64,000 nt of DNA from Antedon mediterranea (lineage: Eukaryota > Animalia > Echinodermata). Made by a program: the position numbers and the translations under genes. The notes beneath the pieces were generated by a model. It saw nothing but the letters and a program-made list of their open reading frames with translations, was not told the DNA's origin and made no database searches. Below, in pieces: positions 26,001 through 37,491 of this stretch. Position 1 is the stretch's first letter. The number at the start of each line of letters is the position of its first letter. The DNA lies in contig NC_092679.1 of assembly GCF_964355755.1 (NCBI RefSeq), forward strand, positions 18,583,432-18,647,431, given 5' to 3'.

Positions 26001-26586
26001 AGTGATATGACATCATCGTGTCCATATATGGCACATCACATTTTTGTCACATAAAGTTTTATAGTGTAGACAGAGCTTAACACAATAAATCTGCGATTTC
26101 AGTGATAGAAAAAGTCTTGGTCATCTTTTTCAACTGTTTGCGGCGATTGAATACCAGGGTCACGTGCTTCGCAACCAACAAGGAACACTCAGTAAAGTTA
26201 TAGAATTGGTACAGGAGGTAAGAGCTTTTTAGTTGCTCAGCCCAGTTCTCTGAACATGCAATGAATAACTTATGTAGGCCTAAAGCTCTGTAAACACTAT
26301 CAAATTAGTTTGACAAACAAAGTGTGATGTAATATGTATGGTAATGATATACCCAAATATGATAGTGATATGACATCATCATGTCCATATATGGGCACAT
26401 CACATAACGTTTGATAGTGTATAGACACAGCTTTACACAAATATGGTAAAACGACCAGTAAAATGCCGGTGGTCCCACAGAGTTGTAGGGACATCATTGC
26501 AGCTACTGTACTACACCACGTGTATTAAAAAAAATTAAATGTGGTCTTGGTATTTTGTTTTGTTTCAGACTGTTGATGATGTATGA
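20013..26586 (+). CDS. CATSPER1: Cation channel sperm-associated alpha subunit, CatSper1-like (6-TM voltage-gated channel fold)
   Basis: Exons 20013-20388, 20830-20943, 21648-21786, 22708-22799, 24098-24247, 24467-24530, 24641-24725, 25064-25130, 25577-25661, 26103-26217, 26569-26586 (TGA). S4 sensor RSMRALRALRVLRTVR, pore FQLLTLDDW (TLDDW is the CatSper1-type filter), S6 FLNLFVAVLVDNFQ and a C-terminal helical tail. The start codon is the first ATG after an acceptor near 19966, so it is tentative. Confidence 0.85.
21108..21470. mobile_element. Harbinger-like MITE nested in a family 1 MITE
   Basis: About 40-bp TIR AGGCCCATTT.CACTAGGACGATAACGATCGA.GATAAATA with TAAA on both sides; the flanks are the two halves of a family 1 copy. 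Confidence 0.8.
21796..22626 (-). mobile_element. Helentron-associated (HINE/DINE-1-like) element with (GTCY)n microsatellites
   Basis: T-rich 5' end TTTTTAGTCGCGTGGAAGCGAC hairpin, GTCT/GTCG microsatellite, subterminal inverted CACGCGACT and a 3' stem-loop; second copy at 29949-30596. Confidence 0.7.
22800..24097 (+). other. U12-type (minor spliceosome) GT-AG intron in the CatSper gene
   Basis: The 5' site GTATCCTTT matches the U12 consensus RTATCCTTT. A branch-like CCTTTAT lies about 11 nt before the AG and there is no polypyrimidine tract. Splicing restores the S5 frame (LFLY-MFAVIG). Confidence 0.85.
22905..23890. repeat. Higher-order minisatellite built on CTAATTGGTGCGCTACCTT units (about 25-37 bp)
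   Basis: Roughly 30 variant units recurring in a patterned order inside the U12 intron. Confidence 0.9.
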
Positions 26587-26875
26587 TTGAAGTACAATAT
26601 CTGCCATTTCTGAACCAAACTAAAACAACGCTACTAGTCTTTTTTAAACGAAGGACCGTGGTTGACATGCTCGCGCTGATTGGACCAAAGTATAGAGGCG
26701 CTATGCATCGCTGAACAGGGTGGTGTAGGCCTACACCGACGAATTATAATCGTACAAAAAAAAACAATATTTACAATTTTTATATTAAAAAGAATGCTTT
26801 ATTACGTTACGGGCTTGTCCAGTTTTTTAACCTACTTACAATAATTGGCACATGGCACCAAGGAGGGTAATAACT

Positions 26876-27308
26876 ATCTCACTAGCGACGCAGCGTAACG
26901 CGACCTACGCAACGTAAAAAAATGCCCTTCCAATAATTTATTTTCCCCCGCCTGCGTGAAATCAAACCCGCAGCACAGTTGCGTCGTCGGTTCTCACTTG
27001 TGTTTACGCAATACAGAATTATTCTGCGTCGATATACGTCGCTGCGTTGCGTTCTAGTGGGAACCACGTTTAAACAACGTCACTCGATTGTATCTAAAGC
27101 GTGGTTCCCACTAGAACGCAACACATTGACGTATCGACGCAAAGTGATGTATTGCGTAATCACAAGTGGGAACCGACGACGCAACAACAGTGCTGCAAAA
27201 ATCGCAGGTTTGATTTCACGCAGGCGGGGGCAAACACAATTATTGGTAGGCATATTTTCTTACATTTCGTTGGTTGCGTTACGTTGCGTCGCTAGTGAGA
27301 ACCAAGCT
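26876..27308. mobile_element. Two adjacent, oppositely oriented copies of a Harbinger-like MITE (TIR GGTTCCCACTAG)
   Basis: 26876-27068 and 27098-27308 are reverse complements. The paralogous site near 29913 lacks the second copy (empty TTA/TAA site). Confidence 0.75.
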
Positions 27309-27821
27309 TTAAAAATCGATTTTAAATGAAGACGTTTCGACGTATATTCAGATGCACGGTATCACATTTTAATAGTTTGATACATCATTACAAAGAAGTC
27401 ATGAAATAATTTTTTAAAAGATGTAAACCAACCTCATTTCTTAAGTAGGCCTATTGTATTTAAAGCAATTAATTAAGTTAAAATTAGTAGTAGTAGGTTT
27501 GATACAAAACAACTTTATGTAACCGGTGATATTTGATACGCTAACTAAAGAGTTTTAAATTCCTCAGATTACACAACTGTATTATTTTACACTAATATTA
27601 CCAGAGACTCAATAAAATGACAATTTACCATTTAACTATTTAATTGAAAATTATTAGCATTCAGTATACGTTAATACATTAATATAAGTACACGTACTGG
27701 CACAATAAATCAAAACCTATTTTTAGAAATGTTTTCAATTTAAAAAATAAAAAAAAAACTGTCCTCATAAAAAACTAATTGACATAAAAAAAAACCAAAT
27801 TAATGAAAATGAATTGTTTTG

Positions 27822-28619
27822 TTACGTCACCCACTGACGATATATTTCACTCGCAGACAAAGCCTTTCCATAAAATTTGATTTCGTCAATAAATCCATAT
27901 AAATTAAATTGAGGAAAATCTTCTTTTCCTCCGAATGTAATTTGGCTACGTATGGCCGCATAAGGTGTTGGTAATTCGTAACTTATTACGTCGTACTTGT
28001 CCAAATATAAGTTTGAGAACGTTCCATTGTGTGTAAGTGTAACGTGGTGCCAATCATCCAAACCGGTAATAGCAGAATCAATCTGTGATCCTGATGGTGT
28101 TTTAAACAGTTTTACTTTAACCCGAATTGTATCATCACTTGACATCCTAATGCATCTAAGTGAATAATGGTGGTCCTGCTTTTTACCATGAACTATCAAC
28201 AATTGTTTAACATTACCATCTGCTTGACATTTAAACCAAAAACTAACAGTAAAATTTACTCCAAAATCGTAGTCGCGAAACCCATCTACAATAACATACT
28301 GCATACCGTTGAATAGAGCAGCAGTTCCAACGACGCCTGGTGGATACGTTAGATTTGAACCGTTAACTTCGCCGTGACGTTCGTTGCCGGAGACGTCATT
28401 AACGTTACCTTCAAATGCGTAGTGTGCAAGTAAATATAAGTTTGGATCTTCGACTGGTGTTGATTGTCGAGTGGCGTTATATTTGAAGCATTTCGTTGGA
28501 CTTATTTTCTCCATACATCTATTTTTACCTACCAACTTGACCATCGTTTGGTTTCTTCCACATTTGTCAAGACTTACCAGTCTCAGTAACATAAACATGA
28601 TTAACCAACGAGACAACAT
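27822..28619 (-). CDS. Secreted LamG/concanavalin A-like jellyroll protein, type A copy 1 (265 aa, uninterrupted CDS)
   Basis: Hydrophobic signal peptide and a C-x14-C-x8-C motif, then LLAHYAFEGNVNDVSGNERHG, FTVSFWFK, DWHHVTLT and GFIDEIKFYGKALSASEI, hallmarks of Laminin_G_3/pentraxin-like beta-sandwiches. Confidence 0.85.
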   Translation of the reverse strand: MLSRWLIMFMLLRLVSLDKCGRNQTMVKLVGKNRCMEKISPTKCFKYNATRQSTPVEDPNLYLLAHYAFEGNVNDVSGNERHGEVNGSNLTYPPGVVGTAALFNGMQYVIVDGFRDYDFGVNFTVSFWFKCQADGNVKQLLIVHGKKQDHHYSLRCIRMSSDDTIRVKVKLFKTPSGSQIDSAITGLDDWHHVTLTHNGTFSNLYLDKYDVISYELPTPYAAIRSQITFGGKEDFPQFNLYGFIDEIKFYGKALSASEIYRQWVT

Positions 28620-29005
28620 CGAGCAAGAACAACTGAAAAGCAGAACTTATTAAATTCAGACAAACAAATCTAAATCGACAGAATAAATGTTTGAATATGT
28701 TTAAAAAAGAAATATATTTCGTTTCGTACAGTTATATTTAGGTTACCTGTACTATATCTCCATAATGGAGAAAAGACCTATCCTAAAATTCACACCTAAA
28801 CAGCACCATTTGTTTAGTTATTTAATAAAATCCTTTCTTTTCTGTTCAAGATTTCTTAAAGAATACTTACACTAGCACTCCGTTCGATGAAACTTCAATG
28901 AAATGAATATTCCTTCTTTTTTCCCCGAATACTTGTTTTGTTGATATTTAATCAAAAAGTGTTATTTTAATATGAATTGTTCAGTATTTATTTGAATTTA
29001 CGCCC

Positions 29006-29455
29006 TCAGACTCCTTTAATATAATTATATTGATTACTTTTTCCTGATTTGTTTTTCTTTTGTCGTGGTCGTGTCATCAAAACCTTCTTCAAGACATCTG
29101 ATGTTACGACATTTATCTCGGATTTAGTACTAGACTCATTTTCCAGTCCATTAGGTATGGATTCCATACTTTGAAATTCTTCATCTGACGTCATGACATT
29201 AGTTTGTTGATTCTCATTAAATTGGTGAGCCAAATACGGAGCAACCAGTTGATGTTCATTGGAAATATTATACAAATTCTTTACAAGAAACTTAAAATTA
29301 TCACTGGAATAGCAAATGCGTTTTGTACTAACGATCAACATACAATTATCGCGACCAGCTAATTTCACCAGTGTTTGGTTGTTTCCACATTTTGTTTGAC
29401 GTTTACCATTTACGGAAAATGTTCCAAGAACCAGGATCAACATACTGCAATACAT
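29006..29455 (-). pseudogene. Truncated type B family copy: signal peptide, Cys motif and linker, with the LamG domain lost
   Basis: The N-terminus is nearly identical to the 39693 copy. After about 29090 the ORF runs into sequence homologous to the non-coding region at 32200-32290. Confidence 0.65.
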
Positions 29456-29948
29456 AATCTGTTAAACAAAATAAAAAATACTGCATAATACATTATCTAT
29501 TTCTGGAAATAAATATTTAGGCCTACAATGAAATAATAATAATAATAATGAGGAAACAAAAAACGAACACTTGCCAACATTCACATAATAGTCGAGAGGC
29601 TATCCACATCGAAAGTATGCCTACCTAAATATAACTATTTTGTAAACGAGTGAAAATGTTACTCACTCTTTAGAGTAAAACTGTTTTCGCTCAAAAAGAG
29701 CGAGTCTGCACTCTTTAAGTGTGGTTAAAAATTCCTGAGATTATGTAATCGATTGTAGTTCACTCTGTGACGAGTGAAAATCTTTAATTAGTGACTTTCA
29801 CTCTTTTAAGAGTGGTCCTTAAACGATCTTTGCAGCACTGTTGCGTCGTCGTCGGTTCCCATTTTTTATTACGCAATACAGAACCACGCTTAAGCAACGT
29901 CACGCGATTGTACCTTAAAAATCGATTTCCAATGAAGACGTTTCGACG

Positions 29949-30596
29949 TTTTTAGTCGCGTGGACGCGACTCTATAGTTCACTATGTCGGTTGGTCGGTC
30001 GGTCTGTCTGTCGGTCCGGTATCACCATGCGTTTTATCGCTTTCTGACCTTATCTTGATATCAGTTTAATCAAGCTAAGTCAATTTTTCACAGTATATTC
30101 CTTATCGCCAGGAATCGATGTGGTTATGTTTTCACGGTGCGCAATAAAAAATTACGCTGTCTACGCACGATTTAACGAAATCACGTTTGTAATCATATCT
30201 TCACAACCATGAATCACAATTAAATAAAATTTGGTACTCATAAATTTCAGGGCATAAATCATAATATGGCAATACAATTACGTGCGTAGCGCATGTAACG
30301 CATGCGTACGCGCGCTTAAAATTTATTTTCGATGAAATAAGAGTACGTTTCAGGCAATTTTAAGCGTTTTGCCCGATTTCTGTTTTCTTGACTTACTTTT
30401 CAACTCGAAATTACGTTATACGAGCACGTCAAAAGTGACAGGCTACGCGCGTGTAAATTAAAAAAATATAAATGTTTTTAAACATTTCAACATTTTTAAA
30501 CATGTTCAGTAATTTCGGTCAGTTGGTAGGTTGGTCAGTCGGTCGGTCGGTAAACACTAATGAGCACGCGACTGCAGCCATCTATATGGCCTTGTT
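29949..30596 (+). mobile_element. HINE/DINE-1-like element, second copy (internally deleted)
   Basis: Reverse-complement match to 21796-22626; the paralogous empty site near 27342 shows insertion without a clear TSD. Confidence 0.75.
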
Positions 30597-31005
30597 CAGA
30601 TGCACGGTATCTCACATTTTGAATAGTAAACCAACCTCATTTCTTAAGTATTATATTTAAAGCAATCAAGTTACAATTAGTAGTAGGTTTGCTAATAAAA
30701 CAACTTTATGTAACCGGTGATATTTGATACGCTAACTAAAGAGTTTTAAATTCCTCAGATTACTGTATTATTTTACACTAATATTACCAGAGACTCAATA
30801 AAATGACAATTTACCATTTAACTATTAAATTGAAAAATTATTAGCATTCAGTATACGTTAATACATTAATATAAGTACACGTACTGGCACAATAAATCAA
30901 AACCTATTTTAGAAATGTTTTCAATTCAAAAAATTAAAAAAAACTGTCCTCATAAAAAACTAATTGACATAAAAAAAAACAAATTAATGAAAATGAATTG
31001 TTTTG

Positions 31006-31800
31006 TTACGTCACCCACTGACGATATATTTCACTCGCAGACAAAGCCTTTCCATAAAATTTGATTTCGTCAATAAATCCATATAAATTAAATTGAGGAA
31101 AATCTTCTCTTCCTCCGAATGTAATTTGGCTACGTATGGCCGCATAAGGTGTTGGTAATTCGTAACTTATTACGTCGTACTTGTCCAAATATAAGTTTGA
31201 GAACGTTTCATTGTGTGTAAGTGTAACGTGGTGCCAATCATCCAAACCGGTAATAGCAGAATCAATCTGTGATCCTGATGGTGTTTTAAACAGTTTTACT
31301 TCAACCAGAATTGTATCACTTGACTTCCTAATGCATCTAAGTGAATAATGAAAGTTCTGCTTGTAACCATGAACTATCAACAATTGTTTAACATTACCAT
31401 CTGCTTGACATTTAAACCAAAAACTAACAGTAAAATTTACTCCAAAATCGTAGTCGCGAAACCCATCTACAATAACATACTGCATACCGTTGAATAGAGC
31501 AGCAGTTCCAACGACGCCTGGTGGATACGTTAGATTTGAACCGTTAACTTCGCCGTGACGTTCGTTGCCGGAGACGTCATTAACGTTGCCTTCAAATGCG
31601 TAATGTGCAAGTAAATACAAGTTTGGATCTTCGACTGGTGTCGATTGTCGAGTGTCGTTATATTTGAAGCATTTCGTTGGACTTATTTTCTCCATACATC
31701 TATTTTTACCTACCAACTTGACCATCGTTTGGTTTCTTCCACATTTTTCAAGACTAACCAGTCTCAGCAACATAAGCACGATTAACCAACGAAACAACAT
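31006..31800 (-). CDS. Secreted LamG/ConA-like protein, type A copy 2 (264 aa)
   Basis: Intact ORF, near-identical paralog of 27822-28619 with homologous flanks. Confidence 0.85.
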   Translation of the reverse strand: MLFRWLIVLMLLRLVSLEKCGRNQTMVKLVGKNRCMEKISPTKCFKYNDTRQSTPVEDPNLYLLAHYAFEGNVNDVSGNERHGEVNGSNLTYPPGVVGTAALFNGMQYVIVDGFRDYDFGVNFTVSFWFKCQADGNVKQLLIVHGYKQNFHYSLRCIRKSSDTILVEVKLFKTPSGSQIDSAITGLDDWHHVTLTHNETFSNLYLDKYDVISYELPTPYAAIRSQITFGGREDFPQFNLYGFIDEIKFYGKALSASEIYRQWVT

Positions 31801-33200
31801 CTAGGAAGGTCAAAAACTGCAAAGCAGAGAACTTATTATATTCAGACAAACGAATCTAAATCGACAGAATAAACGTTTGAATATGTTAAAAAAGAAATAT
31901 ATTTCGTTTCGTACAGTTATATTTAGGTAGTACCCGGTTACCTGTACTATATCACCATAATGGAGAATTGAAAGGACCTATCCTGAAAATTTATTCAGCA
32001 CCATTTTGTTTAGTTATTTAATGAAATCCTTCTTTTCTGTTAAAGATTCTTAATTTTTAAAAAAATACTTACCACAACCACTACGGTCGGTGACACTTTC
32101 ATGAAATGAAAAGTTCGTCTTTTCGAATATTTGATTTGTTGATATTTACTCAAAGAATGCTATTTTAATATGAATTTTTCAGTATCTATTTGAATTTACG
32201 CCCTCAGACTGTAATATATATATATATATATATATATTGATTATTTTTTCCTGATTTGTTTTTCTTTTGTCGTAGTCGTATCAAAACACTGCATTTTTGG
32301 TAGATACACGTCTTCCTATCCATCCATGCGTTGCTCTGTAGAGGGAACCAAACAGGTTACCGAGGAGCGGAAAGTCTGTATCTCTACTACAACCTCCCAT
32401 CTTTTCTCTATTAACTGTGTTTTAGAGCGTGTGTGAACACCAAGACAATTAAGAAAAAAATAAAAAATAAAATAAATCTAAAAATTAATATACTTTGTAC
32501 ACGTGACGTATCTTACATACTACACCGAAATGCTTTTTCCTAATCTGGGCTCCAGACGGAGTTTTGTCTTAATATTAGTAAAAATATAAATATTTTTGCA
32601 CATATGGCGTTTCATACGTGTATTACTTGAGTTTGAATTTTCAGACAAAAATCAAAACGACGATGTGTGGAACGACATAAAAAAAAGACAATAAATACAG
32701 ACTTGGAGCAAGTCTAGCTTTTTCCAAGTAAAATTTCTTATCTTTGCTTAAAATATGCAAGTAAAGTAAACTCAATTACTCAACATCTTATGTTTTATGT
32801 TCAATATCCAAACTGCACCATTTCTATACTTTTAATGATCATGCTAGTTTGTTTGTTTGTATATTTTTTAGACTCTGTTTTTATATCTTCTACTATGTGG
32901 AAATGATTCTATGACAAAGTAATTTACTTTTAAATACTGTATAAATACCTATTTATTAAAATATGATACGTTTTTTTTCAATGGCATAAAGTGTGAAGAA
33001 CTCATAAAAGACAACAGAAAATGTATGTATACAGTTTTCATCGGTAAATAAACGGAATCTATGACATTAATTTGATATTGTTTAGGAACACCTTTCGATT
33101 TCATTTTCAATTTCGATCAATTCCGTAGGTATTGACAAATAGGGTAAAAGATCTGCTTGCCCTTAGATTAGGCCAATTAGCCCATCATTATTATTTAGTA

Positions 33201-33428
33201 GTAGGTGCATACAATATACTGGCCAGGGCCTACTAGTTGATGCAATACCATATTCTAAGGCATATAGTATGTAACTGTAGGTATATACAATATACTGGCC
33301 AGGGCCCACTAGTTGATGCAATACCATATTCTAAGGCATATAGTATGTAACTGTAGGTATATACAATATACTGGCCAGGGCCCACTAGTTGATGCAATAC
33401 CATATTCTAAGGCATATAGTATGTAACT
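33201..33428. repeat. Tandem repeat, 3 x 76 bp
   Basis: Units start at 33201, 33277 and 33353. Confidence 0.95.
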
Positions 33429-34101
33429 GGTATTTATTACATTATCTGCTTTTCGAAATGAAATATCCCAAGCTACATCAAATTATTAAACGTCGAGAGA
33501 GTATAGGTAGGTTTTGCTAGATAGATTTCATGTTGCATACTGTAGTTTTATACATATTTATCATAAACCATTTTAAGGGTGTAAACCTACCTCTTTTCCT
33601 AAGTATCATATTTTAAGCAATTTTTATTGCTTAAGATATGATACTTAAACCTACTACTACTAATTGTAACTTCTCAGTTACAATTAGTAGTAGGTTTAAT
33701 ATTTAAAGCAATTAAGTTAAAATTAGAGTAGTAGGTTTGATAACAAAACAACTTTATGTAACCGTTGATATTTGATACGCTAACTATTGTTTGACATGGC
33801 TCCGATTGTACAACTGTATTATTTTATACTAATTGTTAGAGACTCATTCATTATACATCGTCTTTGCAAACGAACATACATTAATTGCATATTATGATGG
33901 AGTAGGTGCTATTATACAACCTACTGGTATAATCGATAAATCAACACGCATTTTATAATACGTTTTCAGGTAATTATTATTGGAAAGGATTCACACGTAA
34001 TGATGACCTAAAATTAACTCAAAATAAATCTACACACGAAATGACGACCTAAAATTTAAAATAAATTTACTAAAAAGAACCATCTTGTCACGTGACTGGT
34101 A

Positions 34102-34884
34102 TCACTTAAAGGCATATATTTCTTCCGCAGACAAAGCCTTACTGTAAAATTTTATTTCGTCAATAAATCCATGAAAATTAAATTGAGGAACATTTTCTCG
34201 TCCGCCGAATTTAATGTGGTTGTTACGCATGATCGGACGATATGGTGATTCGTAACTTATTACGTCGTATTCGTCCAAATACAAGTTCCACAACGTTCCA
34301 TTGTATGTAAGTGTAACGTGGTGCCAATCTAAATCGGTAATAGCAGAATGAACATTTACTGATCCGGGATTGTCAAAAATCTTTACTTTAACCTGCATAG
34401 TATTATTTGGCATTTTATTACACCTTATTGAATATTGCAGGTTCTCTTTGTTGTCACTATATATCAAATGCATGTAGTTACTAACAGCATGACGCTTGAA
34501 CCAAAAACTAACAGTAAAATTTACTCCAAAATCGTAGTCGCGAAACCCATCTACAAAAACAAACTGCATACCGTTGAATAGAGCAGCAGTTCCAACAACG
34601 CCTGGTGGATACGTTAGATTTGAACCGTTAACTTCGCCGTGACGTTCGTTGCCGGAGACGTCATTAACGTTGCCTTCAAATGCGTAATGTGCAAGTAAAT
34701 ACAAGTTTGGATCTTCGACTGGTGTCGATTGTCGAGTGTCGTTATATTTGAAGCATTTCGTTGGACTTATTTTCTCCATACATCTATTTTTACCTACCAA
34801 CTTGACCATCGTTTGGTTTCTTCCACATTTTTCAAGACTAACCAGTCTCAGCAACATAAACACGATTAACCAACGAGACCACAT
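34102..34884 (-). CDS. Secreted LamG/ConA-like protein, type A copy 3 (260 aa)
   Basis: Intact ORF; the N-terminal half is almost identical to copy 2 and the C-terminal half has diverged. Confidence 0.85.
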   Translation of the reverse strand: MWSRWLIVFMLLRLVSLEKCGRNQTMVKLVGKNRCMEKISPTKCFKYNDTRQSTPVEDPNLYLLAHYAFEGNVNDVSGNERHGEVNGSNLTYPPGVVGTAALFNGMQFVFVDGFRDYDFGVNFTVSFWFKRHAVSNYMHLIYSDNKENLQYSIRCNKMPNNTMQVKVKIFDNPGSVNVHSAITDLDWHHVTLTYNGTLWNLYLDEYDVISYESPYRPIMRNNHIKFGGRENVPQFNFHGFIDEIKFYSKALSAEEIYAFK

Positions 34885-35534
34885 CTAGGCAAGAAGTAGG
34901 GACAAGAACTATTATAATGTATTATTTTGACAAAACTAACAGAAAATGACAGTTTTAATCAAGTTTAAAAAATACACATTAGGCCTACAGAGAGATAACA
35001 ATTATCGTACAGTGATTTCTTCATATTGAAGTCGCCAATTTTATAGTTGAACGACTTATACAAATGACGTATAATGCATCATTTACATAAGTTTATGGGT
35101 CTTCGCAAATCGAAAGCTCCCTAACAAAACACCGTGTGCAGGCATCATACCTGGGCGGTAGGCTACGGTACCGTTGTTTAGTTAAATCCTTGGTTTCTGT
35201 TAAACAAGTTTGACAAAATAATATTACTTACCATAAGTCGATAACACTGTAATGAAAATTAAGTCAGTTCAGGTACTTGGTTTGTTGATCAAAAAAAATG
35301 TTAATTTGAAAGGTTCAGTATTTTTTAATTTATGCCCTCAAACTTACATATTGAATACTTTTAGCCTATTCATTTGTTTTAGTAAGTGCTTATTCCGTCC
35401 TCAATATTCGTTTTGATAACATCAAACGTAACAACGCATGCGTCTACATAAATGGCTTGTAATTGGTCAGATGAAAATCTTTCTTTTCTTTACCGAGTGA
35501 TTTAATAGGAAGCTTTCGATTTGTTTAAGTTTAA

Positions 35535-36080
35535 AGATGTATTGTCCCTTGAAACACAAAAAAATGAAGGTCAAAATATTCTAAATTTAAAGTGGCCATA
35601 TCAAAGTAATATTAAAGTTATTCACTTTAAGTCGAAAATTTGAGCCAAAAACAACAAGTTTACGTAATTAAAAGGTAAATTAGTTTGATTACATTTCATC
35701 TGAAAAATCGTCACGAGCGAAAGTAAACAAAGATTTCAAACCATGAGTACGCATTATGCATATGCTAAATTAGGATTGTTTACAACTCGTCACGGTTAAG
35801 AAGGTATTTTTACACAGATCGCGAGGAAGTTTTATGATTATGCATACAGAGTAGCCAAACAAGCGCGTTTCATTATGGGATATGTTTTGATTGAAAACTT
35901 TGACTGGAAGTCAAAGTTATTTTTTTAACAAAAAAACGTCTGTATTTCAGTTAAATTTTTTTTTTTCAAAAAATGTTTGGTGATATTCAATAACTATTAT
36001 GATACTTCAAAATTACCCACCTTTTTTCGAAATCTTTTATTTTTTATTTTTTTGGAATTAGTCAAAGGGACAATATATCT
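35535..36080. mobile_element. TTAA-flanked element (family 2, long form)
   Basis: TTAA|AGATGTATTGTCCCTT...AAGGGACAATATATCT|TTAA. Confidence 0.85.
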
Positions 36081-37491
36081 TTAAGTCATGTCAATTGATG
36101 TGTCGTCGCCTGGACATAGAAACCACCTAAACTGTGTCGAGTTGGGGAGCGAGTAAGTAAGCCTTCGTCTCAACTTTCCCGCATACATGCATTGGTCGTC
36201 ACAAACTCCACGGTGAACATCAATACGACTTTATGTTGCCTCACGATACTATTTAATTTAAAACTTACTTTACCATGGCAGGACTAGACAAAAATATGTA
36301 CAATATACATAAATAGAAAAAAAAATCTCATAATTTTGAATGTATTTTACTTAAGAAATTTAATATAAATACATGTAATACGAAATAATATTCATAACTA
36401 TTAATTTTGTTATAGCATTACGCACGCGCAAATCCATACTAGTCAACATTTCTAAAGATCGGTTCCCACTAGGACAATCAAACGACTACTCACTTGCATT
36501 GCGCTTACGTCTTTGCGCTGCGTTGAACCATGGATTAAAAAATTAGAAGGATATGCATCGACGGTGACATCAAACGATTTTACAACGCGCTTGCCTATAC
36601 TAAAGCACTGCTGCCAATCAAACATTGAACTCCGTGTCTCTAACTGCGGCCATCTGTAGAACGCTGCGAATCAACTGCTACATTTTTTTAGACCAACACG
36701 TAACCATGTAGAAATCGGATGCGCAGTCTGAATGTTCTATTGACATGTCTGTGTTGATGATTAATTGACAACAAAAATGTATTGCTGAACAATTCTGTTT
36801 TAGTTTCATAACAATCGGACTACGAAAAGTTCACTTTCTTACGACTGGTAATTTTAAGTAGTTGGTAATATTAATAAAATATGCAATTTTTATATTTGAA
36901 TTATCATTATTTGCCTGCCATCTTCTGTCATTAAAAATTGCGTTAATCTATAGAATATTAAATTGTGCATTTGACCATGTATGTTGTTAGCGTGTCCGGT
37001 GTCCACACATAGAACAATCGTGTTTTTAATATATGGCTAAGCAGTGGTTTCTTCATAAATCTCCTTAATTATCGATGTAATTATATTTAAATTTTAGTGC
37101 CTGGTGATTGGCTAGTGGTTATGTCATCCACATCACATCCAATCACCGGGCCTAATTGAATGAAAACAGCGATCCCTCATCCGGGATTGGCTGGCTATGT
37201 ATAGTTGCGATACGTTACCTAGCGGTCGTTTTGAAAAGTACACGCAGGGCAAACTTAATCACGAACAAACGAAGTACCTATTATTATTCACACAAGAAAG
37301 ACAACGGTGAGTAGGCCTATATAGATCATGATTACACGTTGTATCTACTACACTTAATATTAGCCTAGGCCTACCTAGGCAGTATCAATGTCGGCAAATC
37401 ATATGGTTTACTAGTAAGCCTAGAAGGCCTAGGCCTAGTATCCTTGCTGATTTTGTAATTTTACATGTAGGCTGAGACAACAAATAGTTAT

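Noticed and set aside
26882-27329. Arg-rich ORFs on both strands
   Set aside because: They are produced by two inverted MITE copies.
27822-34884. Bacterial contamination explaining the intronless LamG genes
   Set aside because: They are embedded among eukaryotic transposons shared with introns of the flanking genes, and have splice acceptors before the ATG and long AT-rich spacers.
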